Notes under the pieces: generated by a model
What the model was told of the DNA's origin: nothing
The model's input: only the letters and a program-made list of their open reading frames with translations
The model's database searches: none
Translations under genes and position numbers: made by a program
Shown: piece by piece, positions 15,931-20,000 of the stretch
Layout: each line of letters opens with the position of its first letter
Position numbering within the stretch: the stretch's first letter is position 1
IMG/VR virus record: IMGVR_UViG_3300042868_008818
Coordinates: 56,220 to 76,219 of that record
Reading direction: 5' to 3' (one strand)
Length of the DNA: 20,000 bases
From: an uncultured virus (IMG/VR IMGVR_UViG_3300042868_008818)
Lineage: Duplodnaviria > Heunggongvirae > Uroviricota > Caudoviricetes

Positions 15931-16710
15931 TTAAAAATTTTGTATTTTTTCCGTTCCTTTTTCAATATCTTCAAATGACTTCATTGAGAATTTTAAAAAA
16001 GGTTTTGGGTTAAACAAGTCTCTATAAGTATAGTCGTTTGTTTCAACATTATAAACACCATAACCATGTCTACCGATACTTTCACCAATATTGTTTTGTA
16101 TTGTTGATCCAATCATATAACCTTTACCTGTCTTAAACTTAAATTCCGCTCTTTTGTGAATATCTCCACATAAAACAACATCAAGTCCATCAAACTTTTC
16201 AACATCATACGCCTCTTCCCCAAATTCAAAACCTAAATCAGTTTTAAGTCCTGATATTGGTCCATGGAATAATCCAACCTTAATTCCAGTTGCAACATTT
16301 AAATCAGGTGGTATGTTTCCTTGATATTGAGAATAGACACACCAACTTATATTTTCATCCTCATACACACCCCTATCTCTGTAATAAAATATATTTGGGT
16401 TGTTTAGTGAATTAATTACGGGTGAAAGTGCATCTAATCTTTCTGTGTTATTAACTAAGAAATCGTGATTACCTGGTATTATAATTGTTGGCGCAATGTA
16501 TGAACATTCTTTTAATATCCAAGAAACCATTTCAATAAGCTCAGGTGTCATTTGATTTTTAGAGTGTACTAAATCTCCTGTGAATACAATTCTATCAGGT
16601 TTAATTTCTTTCCATTGATTAATCGCTTCTTCTAAAATTGATTTATATAAGTCGTGATCTTTAAATAATCTTATATGTAAATCAGAAAAATGTATAATAG
16701 TTTTTATCAT
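15931..16710 (-). CDS. sbcD: SbcD/Mre11 (gp47-like) metallophosphoesterase nuclease, short form (259 aa from ATG 16710)
   Basis: Motifs SDLH, TGDLVH, PGNHD, FHG and GDIHK; upstream of sbcC in the same run. Confidence 0.9.
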   Translation of the reverse strand: MIKTIIHFSDLHIRLFKDHDLYKSILEEAINQWKEIKPDRIVFTGDLVHSKNQMTPELIEMVSWILKECSYIAPTIIIPGNHDFLVNNTERLDALSPVINSLNNPNIFYYRDRGVYEDENISWCVYSQYQGNIPPDLNVATGIKVGLFHGPISGLKTDLGFEFGEEAYDVEKFDGLDVVLCGDIHKRAEFKFKTGKGYMIGSTIQNNIGESIGRHGYGVYNVETNDYTYRDLFNPKPFLKFSMKSFEDIEKGTEKIQNF

Positions 16711-16716
16711 ACACAA

Positions 16717-16745
16717 AATATAAACTATTTTAAATTAATTGTCAA
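16717..16745 (-). promoter_or_regulatory. Sigma70-like promoter, probably leaderless
   Basis: TTGACA (16745-16740), N17, TATATT (16722-16717), N6, ATG (16710). Confidence 0.7.
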
Positions 16746-16750
16746 TCAAC

Positions 16751-16778
16751 AAAAAACCCACCTTTTTGGGGTGGGTTT
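16751..16778 (-). terminator. Rho-independent terminator
   Basis: Stem AAACCCACC (16754-16762) / GGTGGGTTT (16770-16778), with a T6 tract on the minus strand. Confidence 0.85.
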
Positions 16779-16798
16779 AATAATTCTTTAACTAAAAC

Positions 16799-17155
16799 TT
16801 AAAATCCTTCATAAAGTCTTAAAATATTTGTTCCCTCTCCTTCTTCAATATAAAAAGATTCGTCTTCTGTTACACATGTATCTTCACAAACACATCCTTT
16901 TACATCATAAGTTCCTGCCTTATCTTCAGGGGTTTTAGTGAATTTATATAATTTTTTTCCATTTTCTTCACCTGAAGGAGTTAAAAATGATATTGACTCG
17001 GAAGACAAAGTATTTAAATTACCATCACAAGATTGCCATTTTATATCTGTGGGTAAAGTATTTTCAAATAAATAAAATTTAGATGTTGCCTTTTTATGCA
17101 TTTCAAGAATTCTATTTTTTTCATTGTTTGTTAAACTTGATAGTATGTTTTTCAT
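16799..17155 (-). CDS. Hypothetical protein (118 aa), possibly virion-associated
   Basis: Has its own TATTTATT motif upstream (17170-17177) and its own terminator; N-terminal LTNNEKNRILEMHKK. Confidence 0.8.
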   Translation of the reverse strand: MKNILSSLTNNEKNRILEMHKKATSKFYLFENTLPTDIKWQSCDGNLNTLSSESISFLTPSGEENGKKLYKFTKTPEDKAGTYDVKGCVCEDTCVTEDESFYIEEGEGTNILRLYEGF

Positions 17156-17199
17156 AACTTTAATTTACTAATAAATACCTCAATACTTTAAAAGATTAA

Positions 17200-17439
17200 T
17201 CACATAACAATTTTTGGTGGTGAACCTAAATCATCATAACCGTCTTCTTTAAAAGGGTTATGTGGTATTGGTATTTGAATTGGAGAGACCATTGTTCTTG
17301 GGTTAGGAAAAAATGGGTCGTTATTATTAACTTTTTTCATTTTTTCTTTAATACTTTCAATATCAACCTGTTTAATTGTTGTCCAATCTCTGTTGGTCAT
17401 AAAACCATCTAACCAAACGTAAAATTCTTTGTGTGTCAT
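17200..17439 (-). CDS. Hypothetical phage protein (79 aa)
   Basis: MTHKEFYVWLDGF start, Pro-rich tail; ATGA-coupled to the upstream small ORF. Confidence 0.75.
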   Translation of the reverse strand: MTHKEFYVWLDGFMTNRDWTTIKQVDIESIKEKMKKVNNNDPFFPNPRTMVSPIQIPIPHNPFKEDGYDDLGSPPKIVM

Positions 17440-17582
17440 ACCAATTCTCTATTATAAAGGTTTACTAATATAAGTCTAGCAAATCTAAATTCCCTAACTC
17501 TATTTAAGTTTAACCCATAAGCCAAAGCCACACTTTTAAGGTGTGGGTATGCCTCATTTATTGTCATTTTCCCGATTTCCAT
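17436..17582 (-). CDS. Small hypothetical protein (48 aa; not in ORF track)
   Basis: MEIGKMTINEAYPHLKSVALAYGLNLNRVREFRFARLILVNLYNRELV*; TAATG overlap upstream and ATGA overlap downstream. Confidence 0.75.
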   Translation of the reverse strand: MEIGKMTINEAYPHLKSVALAYGLNLNRVREFRFARLILVNLYNRELV

Positions 17583-17794
17583 TATTCAAAAATTAAAAAT
17601 TCTTCATTTACGAATCCACAACTATCACACATATAGGTTGGGAACGGTACAATGGTATCCTCTGGGGTTCCTGTCAATAACTTAGGTACTTTTTTTATCA
17701 TCGTAACTTCTTTGAAGAATTTAGATTCACATTTTTCGCATTTAATTGTTTCTTGTTTTTTAAGATCAATTCTTGGTTTAATAATATCGTCCAT
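17582..17794 (-). CDS. Small zinc-ribbon protein (70 aa)
   Basis: CEKC...CDSC. Confidence 0.8.
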   Translation of the reverse strand: MDDIIKPRIDLKKQETIKCEKCESKFFKEVTMIKKVPKLLTGTPEDTIVPFPTYMCDSCGFVNEEFLIFE

Positions 17795-17883
17795 TATTTT
17801 ATAATATAATTTATGTTTATTTTAAATTTTGGGTGGTCCCAACTAGTGTTGGTATACCAAATAGGTGTGATTGTACTTTCCAT
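17794..17883 (-). CDS. 29-aa micro-ORF / leader peptide (not in ORF track)
   Basis: MESTITPIWYTNTSWDHPKFKININYIIK*; its stop overlaps the next ATG (TAATG) and it sits directly behind a promoter-like motif. Confidence 0.6.
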   Translation of the reverse strand: MESTITPIWYTNTSWDHPKFKININYIIK

Positions 17884-17889
17884 GGTAAA

Positions 17890-17917
17890 AATATAGTTTT
17901 TTATTTTATTTTTTCAA
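17890..17917 (-). promoter_or_regulatory. Sigma70-like promoter, probably leaderless
   Basis: TTGAAA (17917-17912), N16, TATATT (17895-17890), N6, ATG (17883). Confidence 0.55.
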
Positions 17918-18760
17918 GTATTTGGTCATATCCATTTCAAGGATTGTTTTAATTGTTTTTCTTGAGACTCTGTACTCAACGTACTCTCTTTCGTCCGTTA
18001 ATCTTACGACTATACAACCCATTAATTGTATGTCTTCATACTTAGACCCTTCTAACATTTTTAAAAGTAGTTTACCGTAGAATGGTAACTGAGTATTATA
18101 ATGTCCGAGAGCGTTATTTGGTAAGTCCTCAAATGGTTTTCTCATTGGTTTTGTGTATTTGTTGGTAACAAAGTTTTTTTCCTTATTTGTTTTCCAATCT
18201 GTTATTAAAATACCAAGTTTGCCATTAACCCCAATAACCAACCAAACCTTATCAGGTTGTCCCGTATATCCTAATTCAGGATGTCCCAAAACAATTTCAG
18301 TGTCCAATAAAATACAACCTCTTTCTTTGATTAAATCAATGTATCGTTTACCGGCAACTATCATCGAGTCTCCTTTGACTATCTGTTCGGCATCACACTC
18401 AAATATTGGTTGTCTTATTTCTTTTTCAATACCAAATTCTTTTAATGTATGAGTTTCAAGTATGTAGTGAACACGAGATCCCATATTTGTTGAGTATGTT
18501 CCGGCGTCTGACCATTCTTTTAATAAACGTTCTTTTTCGTCAGGATTACCACCTGATTTATATTCCGCAATTCCTTCTGAATCAAATTCCTCATAAAACA
18601 ATTTCATTAATTTTGAAACTGAGGGAAATTTAGAAGTTAGATTACCATCAAGGTCAATCATTGTGTACTTGTGAGATTCTTCCTCAAAAGTTAATTGTAA
18701 TTCTTTTTGTTTTTCTGAAATAATTTGTCTTATTTCTTCTGCTATTAATAATAAATCCAT
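17906..18760 (-). CDS. PD-(D/E)XK-family exonuclease (RecB/lambda-exo-like, 284 aa)
   Basis: GSRVHYILE, DTE, GQPDKV, ITDWKT and YNTQLPFY motifs. Confidence 0.85.
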   Translation of the reverse strand: MDLLLIAEEIRQIISEKQKELQLTFEEESHKYTMIDLDGNLTSKFPSVSKLMKLFYEEFDSEGIAEYKSGGNPDEKERLLKEWSDAGTYSTNMGSRVHYILETHTLKEFGIEKEIRQPIFECDAEQIVKGDSMIVAGKRYIDLIKERGCILLDTEIVLGHPELGYTGQPDKVWLVIGVNGKLGILITDWKTNKEKNFVTNKYTKPMRKPFEDLPNNALGHYNTQLPFYGKLLLKMLEGSKYEDIQLMGCIVVRLTDEREYVEYRVSRKTIKTILEMDMTKYLKK

Positions 18761-19659
18761 TAATCTCTTATTTCTATAAAGTATTCATTTATATTACCCC
18801 TTAAATCACAAACATCTTGATCGTTAGGTAATTTCACTATTTTTATTTTTTCGTATAATTCTCCACCATTTAATTCGTGGTAAAGTTTAATTGCGTTATT
18901 CCATGCATCCCCATCCAACGCAATTATCACATTTCCTTTTGCGTTATTATAAACTTTATCAAATAACATTTCTGACATATGTTTACCCAACATTGGTATT
19001 GAGTTCTCTAAGAAAAATCCATCGAATACTCCCTCAACCAAGTAAATGTCTTTTTTCCAATCTATTAGTTTTTCATTAAAGATTATTTTGTCTTTCTCAG
19101 CTTCTGGGTTTTTATATTTAAATTTAGTATGTGGGTCCCAACTACGGGCAACATAATAATTTAATTCTCCTTTTTTATCGTACGATGGAACAACTATTCT
19201 ACCAACATGACTTCCCTTATCACAAAAACCAATACCATATTTTTCAATAATATCATCTGTTATTCCACGACTTTGTAAATAATTATAAGCCTGTCTTCTA
19301 ACAGGATAAATTTTATGAGAGTCTTTAAATAACGTAAAACTTTCAGGTAACTTTAATTTTTTGTATTTTTTTTCTTTTACGGGTACGGTTTCTGGTTTTA
19401 AAATATAATATAACTTTTTTTGTTTTTTATTACCAAATTTGTCAAATAACTTACCCAAAGATCCGTGAGTATTCTCAATATCACCACAAGACCAACACTT
19501 ATAAACATTACTTATGTAATTTATTTCCAAATTATGTTTATTTCTACCTTCATCGCAAACGGGACAATTGAAGGATATTTGACCTCTGTTGTCATAATGC
19601 AACCCGTGGTCTCCCAAAATTTCTTCTAATAATTCAACTAAAGCCTCGTTTTCTTCCAT
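18760..19659 (-). CDS. dnaG: DNA primase (DnaG-like, zinc-binding plus TOPRIM)
   Basis: CPVC...CWSC zinc domain, YLQSRGI, RIVVP, KYKNP, LVEGVFD, ALDGDA and DVCD. Confidence 0.9.
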   Translation of the reverse strand: MEENEALVELLEEILGDHGLHYDNRGQISFNCPVCDEGRNKHNLEINYISNVYKCWSCGDIENTHGSLGKLFDKFGNKKQKKLYYILKPETVPVKEKKYKKLKLPESFTLFKDSHKIYPVRRQAYNYLQSRGITDDIIEKYGIGFCDKGSHVGRIVVPSYDKKGELNYYVARSWDPHTKFKYKNPEAEKDKIIFNEKLIDWKKDIYLVEGVFDGFFLENSIPMLGKHMSEMLFDKVYNNAKGNVIIALDGDAWNNAIKLYHELNGGELYEKIKIVKLPNDQDVCDLRGNINEYFIEIRD

Positions 19660-19666
19660 TACCTAA

Positions 19667-19695
19667 AATATAGTCCAAATAATTAAGTTAATCAA
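19667..19695 (-). promoter_or_regulatory. Sigma70-like promoter, probably leaderless
   Basis: TTGATT (19695-19690), N17, TATATT (19672-19667), N7, ATG (19659). Confidence 0.6.
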
Positions 19696-19743
19696 CTTCA
19701 CAAGTTTTTTCAATTTTCTATATTTATTATAGATAATATATTT

Positions 19744-19959
19744 ATGCCAACAAACGTAACAATAACAAATTTAACAGGATCTTCACCTTATAACGTGTGG
19801 GTTTGTGATACAACTTTAACAACCTGTATATATGTTAGTACATTTAGTACGGTACCTTACACATTTGAGGTTCCTTACGTATACTCTTCTTTAACAGATT
19901 TTATTGTAAAAATTGTTGACAATAATAATTGTATAAAAACTAATACCATTACCGTATAA
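19744..19959 (+). CDS. Small Thr/Val-rich beta-type protein, possibly structural (71 aa)
   Basis: Divergent from the primase gene; TATTTATT at 19721-19728; beta-rich composition with Cys. Confidence 0.75.
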   Translation: MPTNVTITNLTGSSPYNVWVCDTTLTTCIYVSTFSTVPYTFEVPYVYSSLTDFIVKIVDNNNCIKTNTITV

Positions 19960-19960
19960 T

Positions 19961-20000
19961 ATGGCTTGTGTTTTACTTGGAACGTTTTCCTACTCATCAA
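19961..20000 (+). CDS. 5' end of the next gene (partial)
   Basis: ATG 1 nt after the previous stop; reads MACVLLGTFSYSS open to the window edge. Confidence 0.55.
   Translation, partial: MACVLLGTFSYSS

Noticed and set aside
17528..17546. CCACAC/GTGTGG hairpin as a terminator
   Set aside because: It lies inside the 48-aa ORF and has no T-tract on either side.
17906..18760. Cas4 assignment for the nuclease
   Set aside because: It lacks the four-Cys Fe-S cluster pattern and sits beside the primase; a generic PD-(D/E)XK exonuclease fits better.
1149..19079. Other short plus-strand ORFs (1149, 2448, 4111, 4843, 5483, 5923, 7800, 8600, 10082, 10448, 12222, 12819, 14671, 18153, 18406, 18891) and minus-strand 10039-10254
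   Set aside because: They overlap well-supported genes, mostly with non-ATG starts and shadow-like composition.
1..20000. Stop-codon reassignment, as seen in some large phages
   Set aside because: Conserved genes are intact in the standard code, coding density is high, and TAG (2372-2374, 7343-7345) and TGA (for example 17436-17438) end genes at plausible boundaries.
1..20000. Bacterial chromosomal origin suggested by dnaJ, rpoD, dnaG and sbcCD
   Set aside because: The genes are divergent, shortened versions among many unknown ORFs, without typical operon partners such as dnaK, grpE or rpsU. This fits a large phage better, although no capsid or terminase gene is in the window.

Overview
This is a strongly AT-rich, densely packed and mostly minus-strand segment of a large (jumbo-type) dsDNA phage genome using the standard genetic code. 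The host is probably a Bacteroidota member. Support for that: a TTTG-N19-TAnnTTTG promoter, A-rich starts without Shine-Dalgarno sites, a short Bacteroidota-type RpoD-like sigma factor, an Hc1-type histone-like protein and a signal peptide ending in FS|Q. Recognisable genes are DnaJ, an Hc1-like protein (missed by the ORF track), an Amidase_2-like protein with a possible spanin-like pair, a sigma70-family factor, SbcC/Rad50, SbcD/Mre11, a PD-(D/E)XK nuclease and a DnaG-like primase. Most notable points: (i) a rearranged Mre11-Rad50 pair, in which the Mre11 C-terminal part appears fused to Rad50 and three genes sit between the two; (ii) clusters of frame-independent short repeats with roughly helical spacing, plus a G-quadruplex-type G6 array, inside coding regions; (iii) three apparent promoter classes, including TTGAnn-N16/17-TATATT leaderless promoters on replication genes and a TATTTAT(T/A) motif before putative late genes. 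No tRNA, rRNA, CRISPR array or transposase was seen.
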